A DNA stretch of 59,911 bases from a virus. Lineage: Duplodnaviria > Caudoviricetes. Below are positions 10,300 to 19,720 of this stretch, piece by piece; the stretch's first letter is position 1, and every line of letters starts with the position of its first letter. The position numbers and the translations under genes are program-made. The DNA lies in the IMG/VR virus record IMGVR_UViG_3300044632_001473, positions 1-59,911 of that record. One strand, written 5' to 3'. The notes beneath the pieces are model-generated. The model was not told where the DNA came from, made no database searches, and worked only from the letters and a program-made list of their open reading frames with translations.

Positions 10300-12555
10300 T
10301 TAAGTTGTTATACCAAATGTTATTATTACGTTCGTACTTCCTCCCGTTGCCGCACCTGTGTTTGCTGACGATACGGAATATAAAACCATACCGGTCCAAT
10401 TACCACCCGAATATTGTTGAAAAACACTGTGTTGAGCAGTGCTAGTTGCATTTGGTGATTTAGATAAAACCTCCGTACCATTAACACCATGTGTCATTAT
10501 ATTCACTATAGGTTGTGATTGTAAACCACTTGGTCTACCAATTTGTAATCTATTTGTTGTTGGTATTGTAAATGACCACCCTAAAGCTTCAAGAGCTGAT
10601 TTATTTTCACCATTAGGACCTAAAACACTCGCAATTGGTGTAGTGGCATCGGTGGATCCTCCTGTCATATTCAATACCACCTGATATCCTTTTATTGTTG
10701 CATCAACATATAAAGGTGATGTACCAGAAGTTCCTGAAGTACCCGCACTACCGCTAATTCCTGAAGTACCTGATGTACCATTAATACCCGATGTACCTGA
10801 CGTACCGTTAATACCTGAAGTACCTGATGTTCCTGAGGAACCGTTAACACCTGATGTACCTGATGTACCATCAACTCCCGATATACCTGAAGTACCTGAA
10901 GAACCATTACTACCACTAGAACCTGAAGTTCCGGCACTACCACTTATACCAGATGTACCTGAAGATCCGTTACTTCCTGACGTACCTGATGTACCATTAA
11001 TACCTGATGTACCTGATGTACCATTAATACCTGATGTACCTGATGAACCTGAAGTACCCGATGTTCCATCAATACCAGATGTACCTGTAAGACCTGGTTC
11101 ACCTAAAACAATTAATAAAAATTCGTCATCACTTGATGGGTCATTACCTCCAACGGCAATTTGTGATACTGTGTAGTTCTCAAAACCAGACTCATATGGT
11201 GAAACTGATGTAATTTGTAATATTTTAAAAATTGATGGGTCAGTTGCCTTAATCAATTTTAATATTGTACCGTTAGTTAAACTATCTAAATAAGTTGAAA
11301 AATCAACATTTGGTGAAAAACTAAAATTTCCAAAAGATATACTTGTTGTTGATAAACCCCAAGAGGATGTGTTTAATTTAAAATATCCGTTATTTGGGTT
11401 AACATTTGTATTTGTATTTGTATTAAACTTCCAAATTGCTAAATGTCCTTGATAACCATCGTTACCTATTGTACCTCCACCTGTTATTTGAACTGTTATA
11501 TTTCCTCCACCATTATCAACTACAGTTGCACCACTAAATGTGATTCCTGAAATATTTGTAATTGGTGAACCACCTTGTTCTTTTACATAAATTGATGATG
11601 ATGTTCCTGAAGAACCACTTGAACCTGATGATCCGCTTGAACCTGAAGAACCGCTTGAACCTGAAGTTCCTGAAACTCCTCCCGTACCACCACTTAAGAT
11701 ATTAACTCTCACATCACCATTACCTAAATTAGTAATTGATGCACCCGAAAAAACTATTCTATCAACCGATGTAACAGTTGTTGAGTTGTCGGTTACAGTT
11801 AATGCAGTTCCACCACCTCCACTTGTTCCACTTACGCCTGAAGCATATAAATTAACTGTCCAATCATTATGAGCACTACCACCTGAAACTTCAGTAACTA
11901 AAAATCTTAATGAACCGTTTGTTGGATTATATGAAATTACACGACCAATTAAATAATCGTTTATATCATATGCAACAATAATCATCTGACCTAAAGAATA
12001 GGAAAGACGTAAATCAACTGTTATAGTAATTTCACTTCCGACAAATTCATCAATGTCATCAATGTATGTTGTTGAAGTTGTTAGATAAACCGCTCCTGAA
12101 GTACCTGACGTACCAGAAGAACCTCTAGCTCCCGATGTACCCGAAGTACCTGATGTACCAGTTAAACCACTTGATCCTGATGAACCACTTGATCCACTTG
12201 TTCCTGATGTACCGTTAACACCATCTAATCCATCACTACCTGAAGTACCCGATGAACCAGATGAACCGTTAGTACCATTAACACCTGATGTGCCCGATGT
12301 TCCTGAAGAACCTCTAGCACCAGATGTACCTGATGTACCGCTAGAACCTGTTGCACCGTTACTACCTGATGTTCCTGAAGAACCGCTTGAACCTGAGGTT
12401 CCACTACCATTACCTGTTATATTATTACCGTTTACAATTAAACTATCGGCATATATTGTGGATAATGGAGTTGACTCAGAACCAAGGTTGACTGTTGACC
12501 CTGATGGAACATATTCACTATTGATTTGGTCCCAATTAATCTGTTGTAATGCCAT
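10300..12555 (-). CDS. Fibre protein with SGT repeat tracts
   Basis: 751 aa; G-x-x Ser/Thr repeats separating beta-rich domains; TATTTAT upstream. Confidence 0.7.
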   Translation of the reverse strand: MALQQINWDQINSEYVPSGSTVNLGSESTPLSTIYADSLIVNGNNITGNGSGTSGSSGSSGTSGSNGATGSSGTSGTSGARGSSGTSGTSGVNGTNGSSGSSGTSGSDGLDGVNGTSGTSGSSGSSGSSGLTGTSGTSGTSGARGSSGTSGTSGAVYLTTSTTYIDDIDEFVGSEITITVDLRLSYSLGQMIIVAYDINDYLIGRVISYNPTNGSLRFLVTEVSGGSAHNDWTVNLYASGVSGTSGGGGTALTVTDNSTTVTSVDRIVFSGASITNLGNGDVRVNILSGGTGGVSGTSGSSGSSGSSGSSGSSGSSGTSSSIYVKEQGGSPITNISGITFSGATVVDNGGGNITVQITGGGTIGNDGYQGHLAIWKFNTNTNTNVNPNNGYFKLNTSSWGLSTTSISFGNFSFSPNVDFSTYLDSLTNGTILKLIKATDPSIFKILQITSVSPYESGFENYTVSQIAVGGNDPSSDDEFLLIVLGEPGLTGTSGIDGTSGTSGSSGTSGINGTSGTSGINGTSGTSGSNGSSGTSGISGSAGTSGSSGSNGSSGTSGISGVDGTSGTSGVNGSSGTSGTSGINGTSGTSGINGTSGTSGISGSAGTSGTSGTSPLYVDATIKGYQVVLNMTGGSTDATTPIASVLGPNGENKSALEALGWSFTIPTTNRLQIGRPSGLQSQPIVNIMTHGVNGTEVLSKSPNATSTAQHSVFQQYSGGNWTGMVLYSVSSANTGAATGGSTNVIITFGITT

Positions 12556-12603
12556 TTTATGTAAAGTCTTTTACATAAATACTTTTATTCTACTTATGAG
12601 CAT

Positions 12604-12633
12604 AAAAAAAGAGGTATTTACCTCTTTTTTTTT
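12604..12633 (-). terminator. Intrinsic terminator (bidirectional-type)
   Basis: aaaaaaagaggta-tt-tacctcttttttttt. Confidence 0.8.
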
Positions 12634-12906
12634 CTAAATGTGTTTTTTTATTATATTAATTGCTTCTTCGTCACTCATAAAATCAACTCCAGCAACATAT
12701 ACAGGACCCGTATCTAAGTTTTCTTTTTTAATATAAACCGTAGGTAATGAGTTATGTCCAGTCTGATTTACTACCTCGTTCCAAATTTTTTGGTTATTTG
12801 TAATTTCAATTTCAGTATATGGTATTGATTCAATTCTCAATCTTTTTTTTAAAGATTTACAATGAATACAATCATTTAAAGTAAATAAAATTATAATATT
12901 AGACAT
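12634..12906 (-). CDS. Glutaredoxin/NrdH-like redoxin
   Basis: CIHC active-site motif; TGHNSLPTVYI cis-Pro loop. Confidence 0.85.
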   Translation of the reverse strand: MSNIIILFTLNDCIHCKSLKKRLRIESIPYTEIEITNNQKIWNEVVNQTGHNSLPTVYIKKENLDTGPVYVAGVDFMSDEEAINIIKKHI

Positions 12907-12910
12907 AATT

Positions 12911-13216
12911 CTACAAAGTATCTAAAATATTAGTGTATACACTATCAATATTAGCACCAACTGAACGGTTTACTAATGTAGTTCCGTTATAAATCATTAC
13001 GGTTGGAACTGTAGTAATGTTTAATTCTCTTGCAGAATCCATATTTTCTTCAATATCCAATTTAACAAAGGTAATATCTGAGTATTTGTTTGACAAATTT
13101 GATAACCTTGGTGTTAGTGCCTTACATGGACCACACCATGTTGCTGTATATTGAACTAATACTTTATTTCCTTGTGATAACAATTGTGATAATTGTGTTG
13201 CGTTTACGTTTTGCAT
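12911..13216 (-). CDS. trxA: Thioredoxin
   Basis: WCGPC motif; ITTVPT cis-Pro loop; 101 aa. Confidence 0.93.
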   Translation of the reverse strand: MQNVNATQLSQLLSQGNKVLVQYTATWCGPCKALTPRLSNLSNKYSDITFVKLDIEENMDSARELNITTVPTVMIYNGTTLVNRSVGANIDSVYTNILDTL

Positions 13217-13225
13217 TTTTTAATT

Positions 13226-14299
13226 TTAAAATCCTATTTTATTTCCTTTTGAGGATGTTTTATAGACTTCAGTGTCTATGTTATAAATATCAGCTAAGAC
13301 CATACCTTCCTCAACTGTGTGATTTTTTTTCAAAGATTTCAAAAGTTTGTTGGTATCGTCAACTGAAAGTCTCTCAAATTTATGTTCGGCGATTAAACGA
13401 CCTTTACGAAGTAAGGCTTGGTCAATTTTTTCTCTCTTCATATTGAAAGTTGCAATCACTTGAATATTCAAACAATCTCCCAAAATACCATCCGTTAAGT
13501 TAAGGATATTAGACACTCCTGCAGGTGAACCATTACCTTCTCTATCTGAAATAACCCTTTCCGCATCCTCAATAATTAGAATTGAGTTCTTATGGTCCAT
13601 TAAAAACGGAATGATTGTTGGTTCAGATAACATCTCAGCCATTGACGGTGGTATGAAAAGTATGTCTTTATCTTTAATTAAACTTGTGAGATATTTGATG
13701 TAAGATGTCTTTCCCGTGCCAGGGTCACCGTGAAGTAAAATAATCCCTTTGTCGTTTGTCTTGTTTAACCTATCAATAATAACCTTATGTATTTTTTTAA
13801 AGTCCTTACCATAGTTTAATTCTAAATCAATTGGTGGTACCATTAAATCATAGTCTTCGGTATCCAAATGACCCATTTCACTTTTTACCAATTGGATACT
13901 TGCCTTTTTCTTTTTTGTTTGAAATTTTTTCAAAGAATCCAAATCAAGTTGATTACCAATTTCTCCATTTTCAATAGAATAAGCAAAATCTAAATTAAGA
14001 TTACCTATTGTTAATTTGTCAACAGATGTATTTGTTTTAACAATTATTTTTTTATCCTTATGTACAAACATAGATTGTGAAAAAGAATCATAACTTCTAT
14101 TATTTGTTAATATTCTCAATTCTTCCACAAAACCCATCTTCATTAATTCGGTAATAACCAAAGGGTTATAAAGAATTTTACTATTACTAAATTTTGACGG
14201 TAATTTATCAAATAAAATTACATAGTACTGTTCCGTTGGTATTTCATTGCCGTAAACCGTATCGTATAGTGGGTAATTAACCGAAAACTTTTTTTCCAT
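13226..14299 (-). CDS. AAA+ ATPase
   Basis: Walker A GDPGTGKT; Walker B ILIIED; SRH-like IDQALLRKGRL. Confidence 0.9.
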   Translation of the reverse strand: MEKKFSVNYPLYDTVYGNEIPTEQYYVILFDKLPSKFSNSKILYNPLVITELMKMGFVEELRILTNNRSYDSFSQSMFVHKDKKIIVKTNTSVDKLTIGNLNLDFAYSIENGEIGNQLDLDSLKKFQTKKKKASIQLVKSEMGHLDTEDYDLMVPPIDLELNYGKDFKKIHKVIIDRLNKTNDKGIILLHGDPGTGKTSYIKYLTSLIKDKDILFIPPSMAEMLSEPTIIPFLMDHKNSILIIEDAERVISDREGNGSPAGVSNILNLTDGILGDCLNIQVIATFNMKREKIDQALLRKGRLIAEHKFERLSVDDTNKLLKSLKKNHTVEEGMVLADIYNIDTEVYKTSSKGNKIGF

Positions 14300-14335
14300 G
14301 TGGTAAATGTAACAAAAATAAATTTAGAAATAAAA

Positions 14336-14674
14336 TTAATTCAAACAAATCTTTCCAAAATTAGGATACTCAATAAAAATATTTGAGTTTTCTCCGATTG
14401 TAATGTCTATGTCTTCTGTGGGTCTAACAAAAGGTTTTTTGTCTGACGTAATTTTCAATACTAAAATTGTTTTTCTTAATAATTCAAATTGTTCTTTGTT
14501 TAACATTACTTCACCATTTGTTTCAAAATTTTTTTGTGAAATTTCTGATAAATGTTTATAAAATAATTCTTCATCTGCGTTTCCTAAAAAATATTCACGA
14601 GCCTCTTGGTTAGTTTCAAAATAATGTTTAACTGATTGAATATATATTAAAACTTCGGGAGATAGTTTTTCCAT
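14336..14674 (-). CDS. Hypothetical protein
   Basis: 112-aa ORF coupled to the nusG stop. Confidence 0.7.
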   Translation of the reverse strand: MEKLSPEVLIYIQSVKHYFETNQEAREYFLGNADEELFYKHLSEISQKNFETNGEVMLNKEQFELLRKTILVLKITSDKKPFVRPTEDIDITIGENSNIFIEYPNFGKICLN

Positions 14675-15198
14675 TAAGGTTTTTGAATTTGTTCCAAAGT
14701 TAATGAAACTGCTGTATTTCTCCCAAATATTTTTATTTCTACGTCAATCTTATCTCCCTTAATGTCAGATATAACACCTTCAAATGTTTTAAATGGACCT
14801 TCTGAAACGATAACACTTTCTCCAATAACAAATTTTAATTTTTTACTTTCAATATGTTCTTCTAATGTATCGTCTTTTAAGATTCTACGAACATCGGTTT
14901 CTTTTAATAACAATGGCATCTTATCACCCATCATACCCATAATATTTGGAATTGTTGATATTACTTTCAATTGCTCTTCCATTAATCTTTTTGGTGCTTC
15001 AAAATATAAGTAACCACTATATAAGACTTTTTCTCTTATTACTTTTTTATTTTTAACCACAACAAACTCTTTCTCTGTTGGACACACGAATCTAACAATA
15101 TTACTAATCCTTCCAAGAGATATCTCTTTATTAAATTGTTCAGTTAATGATCTTTCTTTTCCTGGTAATACTTTTACCACATACCAATTGTTTTCCAT
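14674..15198 (-). CDS. nusG: Transcription elongation/antitermination factor NusG
   Basis: NGN domain (WYVVKVLPGKE...LYSGYLY) and KOW domain (GESVIVSEGPFKTFEGVI...IFGRNT). Confidence 0.93.
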   Translation of the reverse strand: MENNWYVVKVLPGKERSLTEQFNKEISLGRISNIVRFVCPTEKEFVVVKNKKVIREKVLYSGYLYFEAPKRLMEEQLKVISTIPNIMGMMGDKMPLLLKETDVRRILKDDTLEEHIESKKLKFVIGESVIVSEGPFKTFEGVISDIKGDKIDVEIKIFGRNTAVSLTLEQIQKP

Positions 15199-15212
15199 AA
15201 TTTTTAATATTA

Positions 15213-16055
15213 TTAGTAATTCATTATTAAAACTTCAATTCCTTCGTTTTGTGTTCCGTCTTTTTTAGCTGCCGCAGCCTTTTTAAAACTTTTTTCCGAC
15301 CATTTATATTGTTCCTTAGGGAACCATTCTAAAAGTTTTGGAAACTCGTAATAAGATAAACTAAATTTACCTTTCATATTTTTTAAACACGTGGCTAATC
15401 TTTCGTGAGTTTCAATTGTAAAAATATGATTTGAATAATATCCTTCAGTTTTATAATATGGTGGATCCATATAATAATATGTTGTTGGTGAATCATATTT
15501 TTCAACAACATCTTGGAAATCCATATTTTCAACAAATGTAATCTTATCAAAATGTTCCCTATATTTTGGGTGTTTCAATTTATCCAAAAATATTAAAACT
15601 TTACAGCGATATTTTCCTTTATAATCCATATACGATGCGGTTTCTGGTTTTGAACCTGAAAAAACTTGTGTTAGTACATAGATATACTTACAAGCAATCT
15701 CTAAACTATTTTCATCGGTAATTACTAAATCATCATTGAACACTTCTTTCTGATATTGATTAAACATCTCAGCGTACTCAGGTGGTGTGTCCTCAACTTT
15801 CAATTGTTGACATGGGTATTTTAATAGTTCCGTATGTAGAACATCATATTGTTTAGCCCATTTCATTAAATTAGAGTTTAGTCTATTATAATCATTGTAA
15901 ACTACTGTCTTTAAATTGGGGTACTTACTTAAATCCATATTAAAGAATACCCAAAACATACCTGAAAATCCCTCTACATAGGTTTCAATATCTTTTGGAA
16001 TATGTGGTACAATCCATTTACCTATACGTGCCTTACCTCCAATATAACTTATCAT
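15213..16055 (-). CDS. dam: DNA adenine methyltransferase (Dam/D12 class)
   Basis: YIGGK, YVEGFSG, YND and DPPY motifs in alpha-class order. Confidence 0.88.
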   Translation of the reverse strand: MISYIGGKARIGKWIVPHIPKDIETYVEGFSGMFWVFFNMDLSKYPNLKTVVYNDYNRLNSNLMKWAKQYDVLHTELLKYPCQQLKVEDTPPEYAEMFNQYQKEVFNDDLVITDENSLEIACKYIYVLTQVFSGSKPETASYMDYKGKYRCKVLIFLDKLKHPKYREHFDKITFVENMDFQDVVEKYDSPTTYYYMDPPYYKTEGYYSNHIFTIETHERLATCLKNMKGKFSLSYYEFPKLLEWFPKEQYKWSEKSFKKAAAAKKDGTQNEGIEVLIMNY

Positions 16056-16124
16056 TTAACATTATTTATAATAAAATATACTCAAAATATTTTAAAAAGA
16101 GAAATTAAATGTATATATTTTAAT

Positions 16125-16277
16125 ATGGGATGTACAAAATGTAAAGAAAAAAGGGATATTAAGGAGGAAATGATAAAGTCGGGAGAATTCATAAATAAGG
16201 GAATCATTTGGTTTGCTATCGGATGGTCTTTACTTGGAATTTACGGTTTAATCACACTAATATCAAAAATATTATGA
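16125..16277 (+). CDS. Small membrane protein (MGCTKC..., 50 aa)
   Basis: ATG at 16125; C-terminal TM helix; ATGA overlap with the next gene. Confidence 0.65.
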   Translation: MGCTKCKEKRDIKEEMIKSGEFINKGIIWFAIGWSLLGIYGLITLISKIL

Positions 16278-16915
16278 GTAATAAAAAATATTCAATAGTT
16301 CTCTTTTGTAATAAAAAGAGAGTTAGTGTTTTATACAGTTGTATGAAAAGAACAACCGTATATGAATATTGGAGGGAATTTAAAACTCAACTTAGACCAA
16401 GGTATATAAAACAACAAACTGGTACAAGAAAAAATAAGGATTTATTATATGAATTAGCTCTCATATTTCCTAACAATAGATGGGCAACCGCAACATGGGT
16501 GAAGGATAGTTTAGGTAGAAATCAAGAAGCAAAAATAGAAAACGATAAATTAAGAATAAAAGAAATTATACCCTATTGGAAAGAGGAATTAATTTATGAT
16601 TTTAATTTGAAAAAAAGAATTAGGTATCATCAAATGTTAGAATACATTCTTTCAATCTCAGAAATTACACAAATTTTCATATTAAATAAAAATCTATTTG
16701 TACAAATTGAAAATGATGTGAGACTTTTTGGTAATAAAAATAAAGAGGACGCTGAGAGATTACTTGAATTAGTTAGAGAAGATTTAATAAATAAAAAAAG
16801 GGGTAATTTCTTTTTTGTAAAAGACATTAACACCCATCAAAGAAAACTTCTATATAAACTACTTGAATCTAAAGGATTTAATCGTAGAGAATTATTTAGA
16901 CACTACTCGTATTAA
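16274..16915 (+). CDS. Hypothetical basic protein
   Basis: Start MSNKKY at the ATGA overlap; ~213 aa. Confidence 0.7.
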   Translation: MSNKKYSIVLFCNKKRVSVLYSCMKRTTVYEYWREFKTQLRPRYIKQQTGTRKNKDLLYELALIFPNNRWATATWVKDSLGRNQEAKIENDKLRIKEIIPYWKEELIYDFNLKKRIRYHQMLEYILSISEITQIFILNKNLFVQIENDVRLFGNKNKEDAERLLELVREDLINKKRGNFFFVKDINTHQRKLLYKLLESKGFNRRELFRHYSY

Positions 16916-17129
16916 AAACAATATCTACACCACCTATTCTTATACTAAATGTATTTTGTGGTTTATCCATCTTCCTACCGTATTTTTTTTGTATGAGTTG
17001 GAATGTTTTCATAAAATCCTCTTCTGACATTTCTAAAACTATTGTGTTAGTTTCGGTCTCACAATTTATTTTTTCTAATAAGTCAGATATAATTGCTAAT
17101 TGGTTTAATAAATCACCTTTTTTTTCCAT
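16896..17129 (-). CDS. Hypothetical protein
   Basis: 77-aa ORF in an overlapping gene run. Confidence 0.6.
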   Translation of the reverse strand: MEKKGDLLNQLAIISDLLEKINCETETNTIVLEMSEEDFMKTFQLIQKKYGRKMDKPQNTFSIRIGGVDIVFNTSSV

Positions 17130-17316
17130 AACCTAATATCTTTAATATCTTTTCTATTATAGATATCCTCTTTTTTGGTTTTGGTTTAAACATTTCTGTT
17201 TTATCCAATTTTTTTATTTCATTAATCATCAGATTCTTCTGATTCTGTATCTCCATCTTGTCCTTCTCCATCTCCTTGTCCAACCACTCCTTCGCTTGTT
17301 GTAATCTCTTGTCCAT
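17113..17316 (-). CDS. Hypothetical protein
   Basis: 67-aa ORF. Confidence 0.55.
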   Translation of the reverse strand: MDKRLQQAKEWLDKEMEKDKMEIQNQKNLMINEIKKLDKTEMFKPKPKKRISIIEKILKILGYGKKR

Positions 17317-17677
17317 AATTACTCATTAGATTTATGTCTTTTAATTTATCTAGTGACTCATTTTGAAATAACTGTTGTAATTCCTTAACTTTTTGTTGAA
17401 ATAATCTTTGTTTCTCCTCTTCTTCTTTATTCTTGTGAACAATTTCATTTGCACACGCAAATACGACATCGTAACCATTTTGTGTTGATTGTGTAACTAA
17501 AGAAATAAGATTAAACTTTTCATTCTTATCTTGAACTTTAATTGATATTGAACTATACGGTTTTACTACCTCATCATATTTCCATGTCAAAGGTAATTTT
17601 ATATCTAAACTAACATTCTCTTGAACTTCTCTCAATGAATGAAAGTGTGGTCTTAATGTTTTTATATTTTCAAACAC
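17222..17677 (-). CDS. Hypothetical protein
   Basis: 151-aa ORF, GTG start. Confidence 0.65.
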   Translation of the reverse strand: MFENIKTLRPHFHSLREVQENVSLDIKLPLTWKYDEVVKPYSSISIKVQDKNEKFNLISLVTQSTQNGYDVVFACANEIVHKNKEEEEKQRLFQQKVKELQQLFQNESLDKLKDINLMSNYGQEITTSEGVVGQGDGEGQDGDTESEESDD

Positions 17678-17681
17678 GTTG

Positions 17682-17861
17682 TTAAATTAAAATGTATGTT
17701 ATTATGAATGATAATGAAATCAATAATAAAGTATCTTCAACCTTAGTTAATTTCATTTGTTCGGGATTTTCTTGTGTAAGTTTAATAACAAACTCAAGAA
17801 AAAATCGTAATGTGTATATAATACTCAATACGAAAAAAAATAGTTTAATCTGTTCCATCAT
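17682..17861 (-). CDS. Small two-TM membrane protein (59 aa)
   Basis: Not in the ORF track; translated by hand as MMEQIKLFFFVLSIIYTLRFF...LLLISLSFIITYILI*; fills the gap between neighbours. Confidence 0.6.
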   Translation of the reverse strand: MMEQIKLFFFVLSIIYTLRFFLEFVIKLTQENPEQMKLTKVEDTLLLISLSFIITYILI

Positions 17862-18033
17862 GTTTTTTCATTTCTTCAAGAATCTCTTTACGATATACAC
17901 CAATCAATTGTTTAATTTCTTGAGCGTATTTTCTCGCCCTAATTGATGCACTACGATTACCTTTCTCATATACCTTTTGAGTATCCACCGACATCTTCTC
18001 TACGAGTTCCTTGATTTTCTGTAGGGTTTCCAT
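17845..18033 (-). CDS. Histone H1-like (Hc1-family) nucleoid protein
   Basis: KVYEKGNRSASIRARKYAQEIK matches the Hc1/Bacteroidota 'histone H1' pattern KFxxKGNKAAGxRxRK. Confidence 0.75.
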   Translation of the reverse strand: METLQKIKELVEKMSVDTQKVYEKGNRSASIRARKYAQEIKQLIGVYRKEILEEMKKHDGTD

Positions 18034-18073
18034 AATTTATTTCGGTTTTTAATACGAATATATGGAAAAAATT

Positions 18074-18529
18074 TTACTTTTTCAAGTTTTGATCTAACAA
18101 TTTATATATTTCAGTTAACATGTCCAATTCGGACCTGGTTTTCCTATGTTCAAAATGGAATAAAATATAAAAGTATTCCTTTATTCTCATTACATTACCA
18201 TCCAATTGATTATAATAATATGCCTCCAAGAAAAAACTCCAAAAATAATTGTAGGCGGTTCCCCTTTCTTTAAAATAAATTTTTTCGTGACCGAAATTTT
18301 CTATGGTTTTATCCCAACACCAAGTAAAGTGGTTTTTTTGGTCGGTTTCGGTATCAGTAACCTCAGGACCTAAATAGGTTTCATTAATTAAATCATATAA
18401 TGACACAACAAATTCATGAAAAAGTTCTGTTTTTTCATAACTTACATTGTAAGCCTTAAACCACACATCAATTTGTTGTCTATAATTTTCGGAAGTTATA
18501 AATTCCAAATATCCTTCTTTATGTTCCAT
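18074..18529 (-). CDS. Hypothetical protein
   Basis: 151-aa ORF. Confidence 0.7.
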   Translation of the reverse strand: MEHKEGYLEFITSENYRQQIDVWFKAYNVSYEKTELFHEFVVSLYDLINETYLGPEVTDTETDQKNHFTWCWDKTIENFGHEKIYFKERGTAYNYFWSFFLEAYYYNQLDGNVMRIKEYFYILFHFEHRKTRSELDMLTEIYKLLDQNLKK

Positions 18530-18581
18530 AACTCATTATATATTAATAATATAAGGAGAAAAGAAAATAAAAAAAAGGATA

Positions 18582-19718
18582 TTACTGAGTTTTCTTATCG
18601 TAAGTGAAAATCTTTTTCATTTTCTCCAATTCTTCATTAAGAACATTTGTGAAACTTACTTTAGACTCATTCATTGTTGGTACAGCCTCTTTTTTATATA
18701 ATACTCTTTCTTCCTTATCTTTTTCTCTATCCTTAATTTGTTTTTCCATTTTTTTAACGGCGTCTTTTGATGCAACTACATTAGCAACATCTTCAGAACT
18801 ATTACCCATTAATTTATCACCTTCAATCGCCATCTTTAATCTTTTCTTAAATTGTTCAGATGGTTCATTATCATAATCTAAATTTTGTAAACCCGCAAAA
18901 TTCTTTGCAACTTCCTCATCTTCTTCTTTGGTATTTTGTCTTGCAACTTTTTCACCTTTACCTATTTGTTTAGGGAATTCAGGATTGTCGTTACCTTCCA
19001 CAGAAACCGCTTTTTTAATTTTTTGATCAACATCTGACAAATTAGCTTTATTTTCTTTACCGCTTTCAGTATGTGCTTTATTATATGCATTTAAACCTGG
19101 CACCGATTCTGTTACCATTTTAGCAATTAATTCTGTCAATTCAGTTTCAGTTAAACGTAATATTTTCTTTTTCTTAGATTCATTCATTTCACTACCACAT
19201 TCACAAAGTTCTTTACCACATTTTTCACATGTTTTCTTTTCTTCTTCCATATATGAACCACCACATTCATCACACTCTTCCTCTTCTTTCATTTCTTTAC
19301 TCCAACATTCTTCTACATCATATTCTTTACCATCTACTGTAAATGTTTTTTCACCTGCATCTTTTGCGGATTTAAGAGCTCCTGAGAATGCATTTCCTTC
19401 CATTGGTTGTTTTTCTGTATTTTCCATATTGTCTGTTTCTTCTAATTGGTCATTAATTTCATCTAATTTGTTCATCATATCGTCATGTGACTCATAAACA
19501 CCTTTCTCTATAATCAACTCTTTTCCTGGATGTTTTTCTTTGTAGTCAGGTAAAGCTTCTTCAGCCTCTTCTTGAGATTCAAATGTTGCTAAGGGTAAAC
19601 CTTCACATTTAATGTGATATTTCTCCATTTTACCCATTTCATTATCTTCCATTATGGTTCTTTTAACCTCCTCTGAAATTACTGATTCTATAATTTGTTT
19701 TAATTCACTTACTTTCAT
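18582..19718 (-). CDS. Acidic putative head-internal/scaffold protein
   Basis: Glu-rich; KKILRLTETELTELI and LNEELEKMKK motifs; repeated MNES; TATTTAT upstream. Confidence 0.5.
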   Translation of the reverse strand: MKVSELKQIIESVISEEVKRTIMEDNEMGKMEKYHIKCEGLPLATFESQEEAEEALPDYKEKHPGKELIIEKGVYESHDDMMNKLDEINDQLEETDNMENTEKQPMEGNAFSGALKSAKDAGEKTFTVDGKEYDVEECWSKEMKEEEECDECGGSYMEEEKKTCEKCGKELCECGSEMNESKKKKILRLTETELTELIAKMVTESVPGLNAYNKAHTESGKENKANLSDVDQKIKKAVSVEGNDNPEFPKQIGKGEKVARQNTKEEDEEVAKNFAGLQNLDYDNEPSEQFKKRLKMAIEGDKLMGNSSEDVANVVASKDAVKKMEKQIKDREKDKEERVLYKKEAVPTMNESKVSFTNVLNEELEKMKKIFTYDKKTQ

Positions 19719-19720
19719 AT

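Noticed and set aside
3191-12637. Long alternative-frame and antisense ORFs (PDVPEEP..., VLQVLVVHQ...)
   Set aside because: They are shadows of SGT-repeat codons, which lack stops in other frames; they coincide with the repeat tracts
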